Positions 49,426 through 59,761 of a DNA stretch of 64,000 bases are shown here, piece after piece. A program made the translations under genes and the position numbers. Position 1 is the first letter of the stretch; every line of letters starts with the position of its first letter. Source of the DNA: Lysobacterales bacterium (GTDB lineage: Bacteria; Pseudomonadota; Gammaproteobacteria; Xanthomonadales; SZUA-38); the NCBI GenBank assembly GCA_033722075.1, contig JAWVZU010000001.1:129-64128 (forward strand), read 5' to 3'. The notes beneath the pieces were generated by a model that was not told the DNA's origin, did no database searches, and saw only the letters and a list, made by a program, of their open reading frames with translations.

Positions 49426-50955
49426 ATGCGCTTGATCGTTCTTGTTCTGGTCCTGTTTTCCGGGCCTCTGCTGGCCCAGATCGATCTCCGCCTCACCCAG
49501 GTGACTGACGTCACCAGCGTGGTCGACATCAAACATGCCGGCGACGGCAGCGATCGACTGTTCCTGGTCAGGCAGTTCGGGGACATCCGTATCCTCAAGG
49601 CCGGGACCCTGCTCGAAACGCCCTTCATGGACATCCGACCGCAGATCACGATCGGCCAGGAACAGGGGCTGCTGAGCATCGCCTTCCCGCCCGATCATGC
49701 TGCAAGCGGACGCTTCTACGTCTATTACACGGATGATTTCGGGCGGGGAACGATCAGCCGCTTCCAGGTCCAGGCGAACAACCGGGACCTGGCCGACCTG
49801 ACCAGCGAGGAAGTCCTCCTGACCGTCAATCAGCCGTTCCCGAATCACAACGGGGGGCGGCTCGAATTCGGTCCTGACGGCATGCTTTACTTCGGGTTCG
49901 GTGACGGCGGATCGGCCAACGATCCCGAGGGCAACGCCCAGAATCCTCGCACGCTGCTGGGCAAGCTGATCCGCATCGACGTGTCCACGGACGTCGACTA
50001 CGCGATCCCGCCGGACAATCCGTTCGTCGGCGACCCGGACGTGCGCGATGAGATCTGGGCGCTCGGACTGCGCAACCCGTGGCGCATTGCCTTCGACCGG
50101 ATGACCGGAGAGTTGTATATCGCCGACGTCGGGCAGCAGGAGATCGAGGAGGTCAATCGCCAGCCGGCGGGCACCGGCGGCCAGAATTACGGCTGGGACC
50201 GCTTCGAGGGCAACCGCTGCTTCGAGGGCGACTGCAATCAGAGCGGCCTGACTTTCCCGATCCTCGAGTACCCCCACTCGGAGGGCTGCTCGATCACCGG
50301 TGGCCAGGTCTATCGCGGCCTGGACTATCCGGCCCTGCAGGGCATCTATCTCTTCGGCGACTTCTGCTCGGGAACGATCTGGGGCGTTCGCTCCAACGAG
50401 ACCCAGCACATGGTCCTGCTCAGCACCGACCTGATGATCACGACCTTCGGAGAAGACGAGGTCGGCAATGTCTATGTCGCCCACGGGGGCGGCGGAACCG
50501 GTGCCAAGGGGACCGGCCCGCGCGGCGTCTACCTGATCAGCGACGGTGCGCCGGTCGAGGACTCCCGGCCCATCGTCGGCCAGCACACCGGAACCTACGT
50601 CGTCGACGGCCTCCCGGACCAGGGATTCTTTCTGACGGTCGATGAGAACGCGAGCGGACCGTTTATGTTCTTCGCCTGGTTTACTTTCCTCGATGGCGAG
50701 CCGTTCTGGCTGGTCGGGGTCGAATTCTTCAGCGAGGGCGACGCAAGCGTCGTCGTGCCCGTCGGCACCCGGCGGGGCCCCGGTTTCCTCGATTTCTCCG
50801 GCGATTCGGCCCAGGCCGAGGACTTCGGCACCATGTCCTTCACGGCCGTGAGTTGCACCCAGTTCCGGGTGGACTACGAGTTCGACGACTTCGGGGCCGG
50901 CAGCCTGGTGCTCGACAAACTTACCGGGGTCAAGGACTTCGCCTGCGAGGACTGA
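49426..50955 (+). CDS. Secreted PQQ-dependent sugar dehydrogenase (YliI/sorbosone dehydrogenase-like) with the recurrent C-terminal module
   Basis: Signal peptide MRLIVLVLVLFSGPLLAQ. The beta-propeller motifs are HNGGRLEFGPDGMLYFGFGDGG, GLRNPWRIAFD and YIADVGQQEIEE. The extra C-terminal ~125 aa (aa 385-508) carry GLPDQGFFLTV, FFAWFTF, FWLVG and FGTMSFTAVSC ... FAC. Confidence 0.85.
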   Translation: MRLIVLVLVLFSGPLLAQIDLRLTQVTDVTSVVDIKHAGDGSDRLFLVRQFGDIRILKAGTLLETPFMDIRPQITIGQEQGLLSIAFPPDHAASGRFYVYYTDDFGRGTISRFQVQANNRDLADLTSEEVLLTVNQPFPNHNGGRLEFGPDGMLYFGFGDGGSANDPEGNAQNPRTLLGKLIRIDVSTDVDYAIPPDNPFVGDPDVRDEIWALGLRNPWRIAFDRMTGELYIADVGQQEIEEVNRQPAGTGGQNYGWDRFEGNRCFEGDCNQSGLTFPILEYPHSEGCSITGGQVYRGLDYPALQGIYLFGDFCSGTIWGVRSNETQHMVLLSTDLMITTFGEDEVGNVYVAHGGGGTGAKGTGPRGVYLISDGAPVEDSRPIVGQHTGTYVVDGLPDQGFFLTVDENASGPFMFFAWFTFLDGEPFWLVGVEFFSEGDASVVVPVGTRRGPGFLDFSGDSAQAEDFGTMSFTAVSCTQFRVDYEFDDFGAGSLVLDKLTGVKDFACED

Positions 50956-50974
50956 CCGGGTCCGGGAGGGAGAA

Positions 50975-51760
50975 TCAGATCTCGATCGTGCCTCGCAGGT
51001 AGGTTGCGCATCCGGCTTCCAGGATTACGCGCGCTCCGGCCACCTCGGCGACAAGCCGCCCACCGCGCCGGGAGAGCTGGGCGGCGGTGAGCCGGCTCTT
51101 GCCAAGACGCTCTGCCCAGAAAGGTGCCAGGGCACAATGGGCCGAGCCCGTGACCGGGTCTTCCGGCACCCCGACCGCCGGCCCGAAGAAACGCGAACAG
51201 AAGTCGGTCTCTTCTCCGGGCGCCGTCACGATGATCCCGCGGGCCGCAACGGATGCCAGGGCGTCCATCGCCGGGCGCAAGCCGACGACCTCGGACGCGG
51301 AATCCAGCTCACACAGGTAGTCTTCTCCGGCCCGCCAGACCGCCTTCGGCTCCATGCCCAGGGCTGCAGCGAGGCCTTCGGGCGCATCAGCCGGGCTGGA
51401 GGCTTGCGCGGGAAGGTCCATCCGGTAGCCCTGTGCGTCCCCGCGACTGACGACCAGCTGACCGCTGCGGGTCGAGAATCGGACCGATGAAGCCGCGGCG
51501 TCGAACTCGGTCATGATGACGTGTCCACTGGCCAGGGTCGCATGGCCGCACAGTTTCACCTCCGTCGTCGGAGTGAACCAGCGCAGCTCGTTGACATCGC
51601 CGGCAGCGACGAAGAACGCGGTTTCCGAAAGGTTGTTTTCGGCCGCGATCGATTGCATCACCGAGTCCGGCGGCCAAGCGGTCAGGGGGCATACGGCAGC
51701 CGGATTGCCGGCAAACACAACATCGGTGAACGCATCCACCTGGAACAAGGGCACTTTCAT
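50975..51760 (-). CDS. PhzF-family isomerase
   Basis: 261 aa. [24 protein letters not shown] and LCGHATLA are PhzF family motifs. Confidence 0.88.
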   Translation of the reverse strand: MKVPLFQVDAFTDVVFAGNPAAVCPLTAWPPDSVMQSIAAENNLSETAFFVAAGDVNELRWFTPTTEVKLCGHATLASGHVIMTEFDAAASSVRFSTRSGQLVVSRGDAQGYRMDLPAQASSPADAPEGLAAALGMEPKAVWRAGEDYLCELDSASEVVGLRPAMDALASVAARGIIVTAPGEETDFCSRFFGPAVGVPEDPVTGSAHCALAPFWAERLGKSRLTAAQLSRRGGRLVAEVAGARVILEAGCATYLRGTIEI

Positions 51761-53571
51761 TGGGTTGCCTCCGCCAGCGCTTCTTGCAGGGCACCAAGGA
51801 AGATTTCACCGTAGCGCTCGAGCTTCTTGGCCCCCACGCCGGGAATTTCGGCCAGTTCTGCGAGAGTCTCCGGATGCTCGACGACCATGGCCTGCAGGGT
51901 CGCGTCATGGAAGATGACATAGGGCGGCACACCCTGCTCGTGAGCCAGGTCCAGGCGAGTTTCCCGCAGGCTTTCGAAGACCCGTCGCTGCTCTGCGTCC
52001 AGTCCGACCGGGGCCGCCGTCTTTCTCGCCGCCTTGCGCGTCTTCTTGACCGGGCGGCGCAATTCCAGGTTCGTCTCCCCCCGCAGCAGCGGTCGGCAGC
52101 TGTCGTTCAGATGCAGGGTTCCATAGCCGTCGACGTCGACATCGACCAGTCCCCGCGCAACCAGTTGCCGGAGGAGCGTGCGCCATTCGGCTTCGGAATG
52201 ATCCCGGCCCACGCCGAAGACCGACAATCGATCATGCCCCCAGCGCTCGACCTTTTCCTGGGTCTTGCCTCGCAGGACGTCGACGACCTGGCCAACCCCG
52301 AAGCGCTGCCCGGTCCGATAGATGGCCGACAAGGCCATCCGCGCCGCCTCCGTCGCATCCCAGGTGTCCGGAGGATCCAGGCAGTTGTCGCAGTTGCCGC
52401 AGGGCGCCGCCAGTTCCTCACCGAAGTAGCCCAGGAGAGCCACCCGCCGACAGCTGGACAGCTCGCAATAGCCCAGCAGGGCATCCAGCTTGGCCCGCTC
52501 GACGCGCTTGCGCTGCTCCCCGCTCTCCGACTCCTCCAGCATGGAACGGCGGCGGATCAGGTCCGAGAGGCCGTAGACCATCCAGGCCGTCGCCGGCAGC
52601 CCATCCCGACCGGCGCGCCCGGTTTCCTGGTAATAGGCCTCCACGCTGCCGGGCAGGTCCAGGTGGGCCACGAACCGGACATTGGGCTTGTCGATCCCCA
52701 TGCCGAAGGCGATCGTGGCAACGATGACCTGTCCCTCCTCGTTGAGAAAGCGCGTCTGGTGCCGCTGCCGAAGCTCGGAATCGAGACCCGCATGATAGGG
52801 ATACGCGGGGATCCCCCTGGCCGTGAGCCACTCGGCGGTTTCCTCCACCGACCGCCGGCTGAGGCAGTAGACGATGCCTGCATCGCCCCGGTGCTGCTCT
52901 TCGAGAAAGCGCAGCAGCTGCTGCTTGCCGCCCTGCCGTTCGGCCACCCGGTAGGTGATGTTGGGCCGGTCGAAGCTCGCGATGAACTCGCCCGGATCGC
53001 GCAGGCCGAGGCGAGTCACGATCTCGCGGCGGGTCGGGCCGTCGGCGGTCGCGGTCAGGGCCATCCGCGGCGCATCGGGAATCCGGTCCGCCAGTGCCGC
53101 AAGCTGCATGTACTCGGGACGAAAGTCATGGCCCCATTGAGACACGCAGTGGGCTTCGTCGATGGCGATCAGGGCCACCGGCAATTCGCCGAGCAACTCT
53201 GCCGTCCGGGGCTGCAGAGCCCGCTCGGGCGCCAGGTAGAGGAGATCGATTTCACCGGACCGAAGGCGGCGTTCGATGTCCGCCTGGTCGGTGCTCGAAA
53301 GCGTCGAGTTGAGCGCCTCGGCCCGCACCCCCAGCTGCCGCAGCGTGGCGACCTGGTCCGCCATCAGGGCAATCAGGGGTGAGATCACGACGGCCACACC
53401 AGGCCGGACCAGCGCGGGAATCTGGAAACATAGCGACTTGCCGCCACCGGTCGGCATGAGGACGAGCGCGTCGCGGCCCTCGCAGGCAGATTCGATGATC
53501 TCCTTCTGCAGCCCTCGAAAGGCCCGATACCCGAAGACTTCGCTGAGGATCTGGGTCGCTTCCCTGCCCAT
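51757..53571 (-). CDS. recQ: ATP-dependent DNA helicase RecQ
   Basis: 604 aa. [48 protein letters not shown], a Zn-binding CGNCDNC, and a C-terminal HRDC ([15 protein letters not shown]). Confidence 0.95.
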   Translation of the reverse strand: MGREATQILSEVFGYRAFRGLQKEIIESACEGRDALVLMPTGGGKSLCFQIPALVRPGVAVVISPLIALMADQVATLRQLGVRAEALNSTLSSTDQADIERRLRSGEIDLLYLAPERALQPRTAELLGELPVALIAIDEAHCVSQWGHDFRPEYMQLAALADRIPDAPRMALTATADGPTRREIVTRLGLRDPGEFIASFDRPNITYRVAERQGGKQQLLRFLEEQHRGDAGIVYCLSRRSVEETAEWLTARGIPAYPYHAGLDSELRQRHQTRFLNEEGQVIVATIAFGMGIDKPNVRFVAHLDLPGSVEAYYQETGRAGRDGLPATAWMVYGLSDLIRRRSMLEESESGEQRKRVERAKLDALLGYCELSSCRRVALLGYFGEELAAPCGNCDNCLDPPDTWDATEAARMALSAIYRTGQRFGVGQVVDVLRGKTQEKVERWGHDRLSVFGVGRDHSEAEWRTLLRQLVARGLVDVDVDGYGTLHLNDSCRPLLRGETNLELRRPVKKTRKAARKTAAPVGLDAEQRRVFESLRETRLDLAHEQGVPPYVIFHDATLQAMVVEHPETLAELAEIPGVGAKKLERYGEIFLGALQEALAEATQ

Positions 53572-53576
53572 CGACC

Positions 53577-54917
53577 TCAGAGATCCAGGTCTTCGACCGT
53601 CAATTCCCGGTTGGCATGGAACCAGGCATCACCGCGTTCGATGATCGCGCGCAGGGCAGCTCGTTCGAGCTCCGACAGGTCGGGGTTCCAGGTTTCGAAG
53701 ATCAGCACGACCCGGGTCTGGTCGCTGCGATTCCAGGCCTCGTGCAGGAAACTGTCGTCGAACACCAGGCAACGCCCTTCTTCCCAGGTCTGCGTCTCGC
53801 CGCCAACGGTGATCGCACAATCGGGCGGGATGATGAGCGGCAGGTGGATCGCCAGCTTTGCGTTCGAGACCCCGTAGTGCGGCGGAATGTGCGTCCCCGG
53901 TTCCAGCACCGAGAAAAACGCCTCCGGCGCATGCCCGTCGACTTCGACCAGCGGAAGGCCGCGAAGGGCTTCGTAGGCCGTGGGACAGCGACGACAGTTC
54001 TCTTCCACCGGTCGATTGCCGCGAATCAGGTGCACCGAGGCCCAGTTGAGCTTGCCGGCCATCTTCTTCCAGCCCTCGTGCGCGTTTGGCGCCTCCGGCA
54101 CGTAGGGCTCGAAGCCGGACCGATCGGCCATCACCGCCAGGAATTCCTTGCGGATCGCTTCGGTCCTGTCCTCAAGCTCAGACAGCCACTCGAAGGACTC
54201 CCGGGGCCAGAATGGCCGGGCCGTGATACGCGGGTAGTAGATGAAATCGGGCTGCTGCCGCGGCTCCTCATAGTCGACCGGCTTACGACCCTGAAACCCG
54301 TCCAGGAACCGGGACCAGCGTGCCGGCAGCGAGGCTCCGGTCGTCTCTTCCAGTTCCTTGACGAGTGCCTGGTTCGCCCGGTAGTGGTAGGACCGCAGCA
54401 GGTCGTCACCCTGCTGAGAAAGCTCCCGCAGGCTCAGTTCAGCCCGCCGGTTCCGGCGCGCGTTGGCGAGTTCGGGATCCAGGGCGAAAGCCCTGGTCAT
54501 GGCCCGGGCCGCTTGCTCCTCGCGTCCTGCCGCCTGGAGCGCCAATGCCAGCTCAGCGAACAGGGCCCCCTCCTCGGGAGCAGCCACAAGGGCCTGGCCG
54601 AAAGACTGCACCGCCTGCGATCGGTGACCATTTTTCTGTTGTATACGACCGAGTTCGCGCCAGGCCTGGGGATCCGCCGGTCGTGCTTTGCAGAGCCGCT
54701 CGAGCAGGGCGCTGGCCTCGTTCAGATCGTTACGTTTCTGCGCCTGGGCACTGAGGAAGGTCAGAGCGTAGGGATTCGCTTCGCCGCTTTCCAGGATCTG
54801 CCGGCACACCTGTTCGGCCGCTTCCATCCGGTGCTGCGCAACATAGCGCTGGGCGAGGACAAGCCGACGCTGATTCTGGGGCGAATCGGACTGGGGTGCA
54901 GTGTCCGCGCCGGACAC
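53577..54917 (-). CDS. TPR-repeat protein fused to an aspartyl/asparaginyl beta-hydroxylase (2OG-oxygenase) domain
   Basis: N-terminal TPR-like repeats ([26 protein letters not shown]). The C-terminus has [24 protein letters not shown] and [11 protein letters not shown] (AspH family). I prefer the GTG at 54917, 2 nt after the FHA gene stop, over the track start at 54989. Confidence 0.8.
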   Translation of the reverse strand: MSGADTAPQSDSPQNQRRLVLAQRYVAQHRMEAAEQVCRQILESGEANPYALTFLSAQAQKRNDLNEASALLERLCKARPADPQAWRELGRIQQKNGHRSQAVQSFGQALVAAPEEGALFAELALALQAAGREEQAARAMTRAFALDPELANARRNRRAELSLRELSQQGDDLLRSYHYRANQALVKELEETTGASLPARWSRFLDGFQGRKPVDYEEPRQQPDFIYYPRITARPFWPRESFEWLSELEDRTEAIRKEFLAVMADRSGFEPYVPEAPNAHEGWKKMAGKLNWASVHLIRGNRPVEENCRRCPTAYEALRGLPLVEVDGHAPEAFFSVLEPGTHIPPHYGVSNAKLAIHLPLIIPPDCAITVGGETQTWEEGRCLVFDDSFLHEAWNRSDQTRVVLIFETWNPDLSELERAALRAIIERGDAWFHANRELTVEDLDL

Positions 54918-54919
54918 GC

Positions 54920-55771
54920 TCAGATGATGCCGCCGAACTTGAGTCCGGCGATGGCCGCGGCAATCAGTACGGTGATGATGATGGCCCACTTGGTCGTCGA
55001 CGACCCGGAAGCCTCCGTTTCCAATTCCTCATCTCCGACAGCGCCCTGCCGGACGGTCGGTTGATCGTCCTTGGCGGCGGATTTCTTGGGCGTGTCCTGG
55101 CCCGGCGCCTGGATCAGGAACCGGACCGTGTCCAGCTTGAGCTCGTCACCCGGTTCGATTTTCTCCCGGCGAACCTGTTGTCCGTTGACGAAAGTGCCGT
55201 TCGCTGAGCCGAGGTCCTCGACGTACAAGCCGTCCGGGGTAATCACCAGCTTGGCGTGTTTGCGGGAAATTTCCTCACTTGCCAGGCAGACATCGCATTC
55301 GCTGTGCCGGCCGATGATGGTCGTGCCCCGGATCGGAAAGTGCTTGCCGAAGGTCCCGCCGGACACGCCACGCAGGACGTATTGGGGAACGGCCATGCGA
55401 ACCTTGGTTGCTCCGTCGTCGCCATCGTCCTCAACCGGCGGAGGCGGGGTCCACCCACCCGATGCCTTGGGCGGTGCAGGCGCCGAATCGCCGCCGGCAA
55501 CCTGGCACTGGACCGTACCGAACAGCAGCGCATCGCCGGCCTTGACGGGTGTCCTTGCGACGACCAGGGAACCGTTCACGCGAGTAATGTTTGCGGCGTT
55601 GTCGACCTTGATATGGGCGGTGCCGTCGGGCTCGACGGTAATTCGCGCATGCCCCGCCGCGATGCCCTTGACGTCGAGCTGCACATCCGATTCCGGATCG
55701 CTGCCGACCACGGTCTCGCCCTGGGGCAATTCGACCTGCTTATGCTCTCCGTTGGGAAACACCAGTTTCAT
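54920..55771 (-). CDS. Double-FHA-domain protein with a C-terminal TM anchor
   Basis: The ATG at 55771 is preceded by a ggggga SD. FHA-1 is degenerate (VVGSDPESDVQLDVKGIAAGHARI). FHA-2 is canonical (IIGRHSECDVCLASEEISRKHAKL ... GSANGTFVNG). A low-complexity linker is followed by WAIIITVLIAAAIAGL. Confidence 0.85.
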   Translation of the reverse strand: MKLVFPNGEHKQVELPQGETVVGSDPESDVQLDVKGIAAGHARITVEPDGTAHIKVDNAANITRVNGSLVVARTPVKAGDALLFGTVQCQVAGGDSAPAPPKASGGWTPPPPVEDDGDDGATKVRMAVPQYVLRGVSGGTFGKHFPIRGTTIIGRHSECDVCLASEEISRKHAKLVITPDGLYVEDLGSANGTFVNGQQVRREKIEPGDELKLDTVRFLIQAPGQDTPKKSAAKDDQPTVRQGAVGDEELETEASGSSTTKWAIIITVLIAAAIAGLKFGGII

Positions 55772-55887
55772 TGATTCCCCCGTCAACCATTTCTCGGTTG
55801 AAACCTACCGTCGATAGCAGAAGAGTGTGGCTTCTTCACGCTGCTCAATCAACCCCGTCCAGTGTACCGCTTCGGGAAGAGCGTTTC

Positions 55888-56292
55888 CTACTTGATGACC
55901 CTGAGGTGACTCTTGCTGAGACGCTTCTCGTCCGTTTCCGGGTCGTCCGCCTCCGAAGGCGTCTCGGCGCTCTCCGTCTGATCATCTTCCGGCGGAAACA
56001 TCATCCCCTGACCGTTCTCGCGCGCATAGATCGCCAACACTGCTGTCGGCGGTATCTGAACATGACGGGCAACCCCCGAGAAGCGCGCATTGAATTCGAT
56101 CAATTCATTGTCCAGGCTCAAATCCTTGACCGCCTGCATGCCGATATTCAGGTTGACCTTTCCATCCTGTGCGACACCCGGCGGAATCTCGACTCCCGCG
56201 GCACTCGCATCCACCAGAAGGTGGGGCGTCATGCCGTTGTCGCTGATCCATTCGTAGAGGGCCCGCAACAGGTAGGGTCGACTGGAAGTCAT
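55888..56292 (-). CDS. sspB: ClpXP adaptor, stringent starvation protein B
   Basis: MTSSRPYLLRALYEWISDNGMTPHLLVDA is the SspB N-terminus. The acidic linker ends in a C-terminal LRVIK ClpX-binding-like tail. Confidence 0.92.
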   Translation of the reverse strand: MTSSRPYLLRALYEWISDNGMTPHLLVDASAAGVEIPPGVAQDGKVNLNIGMQAVKDLSLDNELIEFNARFSGVARHVQIPPTAVLAIYARENGQGMMFPPEDDQTESAETPSEADDPETDEKRLSKSHLRVIK

Positions 56293-56912
56293 CAGCGCAG
56301 TTCCCGCTCCGGTTCGGTAAGGCTATCCTGGAAGGATTCCAGCTGGAACACCCGATCTCCGTAGGCACGAACTTCCGCGGCCGACTTCGGCAGCTTGACG
56401 CCGAAATGCTCGAGACGCCAGATCAGAGGCGCCACCGCGGCGTCCACCAGCGTCAATTCTTCGCTCAGGAAGAATTCTCCGAGATTAAACAACTCGTTCG
56501 AGGCGGCAAGACTCTCGCCCAGTTCCTTGCGTGCGGCGTCCGCATCCTTCTTGGTGCCGGTCTCCATACGGTCGACCAGCGTGTACCAGTCCTTCATCAG
56601 CCGATACTGGGTCAGTCGCAGGCGCGCCCGCGACACTGGATCGACCGGCATCAACGGAGGATGCGGATAGCGTTCGTCCAGGTAATCGTTGATGACACCC
56701 GCGTCATAAAGGACCAGGTCTCGGTCGATCAACGTCGGAACAGACTGGTAGGGATTGAGATCGATGAGGTCTTCCGGCGGGTGGTCCGGATCGACATCAA
56801 TGATCTCTACGTTGATTCCCTTCTCCGCCAGGACGAAGCGCACCCGATGACTGTGGATCGAGGTCGGCGAAGAGAACAGGGCCATCACAGATCTGCCTTT
56901 GGCTAGGGCCAC
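56292..56912 (-). CDS. sspA: Stringent starvation protein A
   Basis: GRSVMALFSSPTSIHSHRVRFVLAEKG and LIDLNPYQSVPTLIDRDL align with E. coli SspA as I remember it. GTG start. Confidence 0.93.
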   Translation of the reverse strand: MALAKGRSVMALFSSPTSIHSHRVRFVLAEKGINVEIIDVDPDHPPEDLIDLNPYQSVPTLIDRDLVLYDAGVINDYLDERYPHPPLMPVDPVSRARLRLTQYRLMKDWYTLVDRMETGTKKDADAARKELGESLAASNELFNLGEFFLSEELTLVDAAVAPLIWRLEHFGVKLPKSAAEVRAYGDRVFQLESFQDSLTEPERELR

Positions 56913-56956
56913 ATTGCACTCCTTGAATTGTAATTATGTCCCTGAATCGGGCCCAT

Positions 56957-57706
56957 CTAATGGACGTCGCGCCAGAATTCCTTCTTGAGCAGCCAGGCCA
57001 GGAACGTGAATACTACCAGATAGAGCATCACCCAGATCCCGAGCGACTCGCGCTTCAGCTTTGCCGGCTCACCGACATACTCGAGAAAATTGACCAGATC
57101 GGTAACTAACCGGTCGTATTCTTCCGCGCTCATCGTACCGGCCTGAACGACGTCGAACGACGGCCCGGCCGCGTGCCCTCCATGATCGCCTTCGGCAGCC
57201 TCGTCATCGGCGTGCGAGACGACCTGGATTCCCTGTTGCTGCCACAGAACATGCGGCATGGCTGTGTTCTGGAATACCGTATTGTTCCAGCCGGTCGGGC
57301 GACTAGCGTCGGCGTGGAAGGACTTGAGAAATGTGTAAACCCAGTCTGGCCCCCGCGAGCGCGCCACCAGCGAGAGATCGGGCGGGGCGGCACCGAACCA
57401 GCCCTGAGCGGCCTCCTTCTCCATCGCAATGGTCATGACGTCGCCGATCTTCTTGTCGTCGTCGAAGATCAGAAACTCATTCACCTGTTCCTCGGTCAAC
57501 TCGAGGTCCTCTGCGAGGCGGCTGTAGCGCATGTACTGCGCCGAATGGCAACCCATGCAGTTGTTGACAAAGATCGCGGCGCCGCGCTGCAGAGAGGCGG
57601 TGTTGCCCAGATCGATCGAGGCACGTTGCAGGGGAACTTCCGGCCCGGCCGCCGGGGCGCCGCCACTGAACAGGAGCGCCAGGAATGCAACTGTCATGCT
57701 TTTCAT
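56957..57706 (-). CDS. petC: Cytochrome c1
   Basis: Start re-picked at MKSMTVAFLALL (ATGA overlap with the petB stop). It has the heme motif CMGCHS and a C-terminal TM anchor. Confidence 0.9.
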   Translation of the reverse strand: MKSMTVAFLALLFSGGAPAAGPEVPLQRASIDLGNTASLQRGAAIFVNNCMGCHSAQYMRYSRLAEDLELTEEQVNEFLIFDDDKKIGDVMTIAMEKEAAQGWFGAAPPDLSLVARSRGPDWVYTFLKSFHADASRPTGWNNTVFQNTAMPHVLWQQQGIQVVSHADDEAAEGDHGGHAAGPSFDVVQAGTMSAEEYDRLVTDLVNFLEYVGEPAKLKRESLGIWVMLYLVVFTFLAWLLKKEFWRDVH

Positions 57707-58959
57707 TCGGTCACCCTCTCCGGTACGGGCTTCGGTTTGTCCCACTTGCTCCACAACGGCATCAGCAGGAAAAACGCAAAGTAGAAAATGGTGAAGATCC
57801 GAGCCAGCAGGGTCTGCGTCGCGCTACCGGACTGGGCACCCAGATAACCGAGAACGAGGAAAGAGATCGCAAACAGGGTCAGCATGATCTTCCAGAGCCA
57901 CCCCTTGTAGCGGATCGACTTCACCGGGCTGCGATCCAGCCAGGGCAGCAAAAACAGAATGAACACCGCTGCGCCCATGACGATCACGCCCCCGAGCTTG
58001 TCGGGCACCGCACGCAACATCGCGTAGAACGGCGTGAAATACCAGACCGGTTTGATGTGCTCCGGAGTGACCAGGGGATCAGCCGGCACGAAATTATCGT
58101 GCTCCAGGAACCAGCCACCCATCTCCGGCGCATAGAAGATGATGAACGCGAAGATCAGCAGGAACATGCCCACGCCGAACAGGTCCTTGACCGTGTAGTA
58201 GGGATGGAACGCAATGCCGTCCACCGGAACACCGTCCTCGTCCTTGTTCTCCTTGATTTCGATCCCGTCCGGATTGTTTGATCCAACCTCGTGCAGCGCG
58301 GTGAGGTGAAGGACCACCAGGGCCAGCAGGGCCAGCGGAACGGCAATGACATGCAGCGCCACGAAGCGATTCAGGGTCGCATCGGAGACCAGGTAGTCAC
58401 CCCGGATCCACTGCGCGATTTCCGGCCCGCTGATGAAGCCCAGATCCGGGATCGCCCCGAACAGGGAGATGATCACCTGCGCCCCCCAGTAGGACATCTG
58501 GCCCCAGGGCAGCACATAGCCGAGGAACGCCTCGGCCATCAAGGCCAGGTAGATGAACATCCCGATGATCCACAGCAGCTCCCGCGGCTTGCGGTACGAG
58601 CCGTACATCAGTGCGCGAAACATGTGCAGGTAGACCACGATGAAGAACATGGAAGCGCCGATGGCGTGCATGTACCGCACCAGCCAGCCGAAGGGCACGT
58701 CCCGCATGATGTACTCGACCGAGGCGAAGGCCTCGGCGGCGCTGGTCTTGTAGTGCATGGTCAACCAGATCCCGGTGATGATCTGGTTGGCCAGCACCAG
58801 GATCGCGAGAGAGCCGAAGTAGTACCAAACGTTGAAGTTTTTCGCGGCGTAGTAATTGGCGAGGTGCTTGTCCCAGAACTCCTTGACCGGCAGCCGGGCA
58901 TCCAGCCACTCCAGCGTATTGGTCGCGCCCCGGGCGATTGCTCCTTGAGGTTTCATCAT
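57703..58959 (-). CDS. petB: Cytochrome b
   Basis: Start re-picked at MMKPQG, 1 nt after the petA stop. WYYFGSLA, RYMHAIGASMFF and PEWYF-like VWYFTPFYAMLR are cytochrome b signatures. Confidence 0.93.
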   Translation of the reverse strand: MMKPQGAIARGATNTLEWLDARLPVKEFWDKHLANYYAAKNFNVWYYFGSLAILVLANQIITGIWLTMHYKTSAAEAFASVEYIMRDVPFGWLVRYMHAIGASMFFIVVYLHMFRALMYGSYRKPRELLWIIGMFIYLALMAEAFLGYVLPWGQMSYWGAQVIISLFGAIPDLGFISGPEIAQWIRGDYLVSDATLNRFVALHVIAVPLALLALVVLHLTALHEVGSNNPDGIEIKENKDEDGVPVDGIAFHPYYTVKDLFGVGMFLLIFAFIIFYAPEMGGWFLEHDNFVPADPLVTPEHIKPVWYFTPFYAMLRAVPDKLGGVIVMGAAVFILFLLPWLDRSPVKSIRYKGWLWKIMLTLFAISFLVLGYLGAQSGSATQTLLARIFTIFYFAFFLLMPLWSKWDKPKPVPERVTE

Positions 58960-58960
58960 G

Positions 58961-59560
58961 TCAAGCGGCTCCTTCCGGTCCAATGCCGATCAGCAGGCGG
59001 TTGTCATCCAGAAAGCTGTACGGGGGAACTTCCAGGTTCAGCGGCGCCGGAACGCCCTGATAGACCCGCCCCGCAAGATCAAAGCGGCTGTTGTGGCAGG
59101 GGCAGAAGAAGCCGCCCTTCCAATCCGGGTCGAACGGCTGCGGTTCGACCTCCGGCACGAACTTGGGTGAACAGCCGAGATGGGTACAGATTCCCAGCAG
59201 CACCAGGTACTCGGGATTCAGCGATCGGTATTGATTCTCGGCAAAATCCGGCTGCTGGTCCTGCGCTTCCGAGTTCGGATCCCGGAGCTGGTCCTCGACC
59301 AGGTCGAGCGTCGCCAGCATCTCGTCGGTCCGGCGCAGAATCCAGACCGGTCGACCTCGCCACTCGGCCTTGAGCATCTGGCCGGGCTCGAGTTTGTCGA
59401 TGGTGACTTCCACCGGTGCCCCGGCGGCTCGAGCGCGCGCACTCGGCTGCCACATCTTCACGAAAGGAATAGCGACGCCGACAGCGCCGATCGCGCCGAC
59501 AACGCTCACCGTTCCGGTCAGGAATCGGCGGCGATTCTTGTTTACGCCTTCGCTAGACAT
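58961..59560 (-). CDS. petA: Ubiquinol-cytochrome c reductase Rieske iron-sulfur subunit
   Basis: Tat-like RRRFL N-terminus. The Rieske boxes are CTHLGC and CPCHNSRF. Confidence 0.93.
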   Translation of the reverse strand: MSSEGVNKNRRRFLTGTVSVVGAIGAVGVAIPFVKMWQPSARARAAGAPVEVTIDKLEPGQMLKAEWRGRPVWILRRTDEMLATLDLVEDQLRDPNSEAQDQQPDFAENQYRSLNPEYLVLLGICTHLGCSPKFVPEVEPQPFDPDWKGGFFCPCHNSRFDLAGRVYQGVPAPLNLEVPPYSFLDDNRLLIGIGPEGAA

Positions 59561-59761
59561 TCAATTCTCCAGGATTGCTTGTGAACGGGACACCGTGCCG
59601 AGCCCATCGACCTGCATGCGCCACCGTAGAAGATCTGTTCTCTGCCGTTGTAAAGGGATGCTGAGCGAATCGTCGCCGCAAAACCCCGCAATTGTACTAA
59701 AAACCCAAGTTGCGAGACAATCCGGGCGCCCGTCCCTTTGTCTGCCTGCTTCAGGATGCGC

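Noticed and set aside
54918-54989. N-terminal extension MGHHHHRTDCRGH... of the TPR-AspH ORF (a His-tag-like run)
   Set aside because: The extension overlaps the 3' end of the FHA gene by 70 nt. A GTG 2 nt after the FHA stop gives a more sensible start. The His run is a by-product of reading the catcatcat/gatgatgat stretch at the FHA gene 3' end, so it is neither an engineered tag nor a real metal-binding N-terminus.
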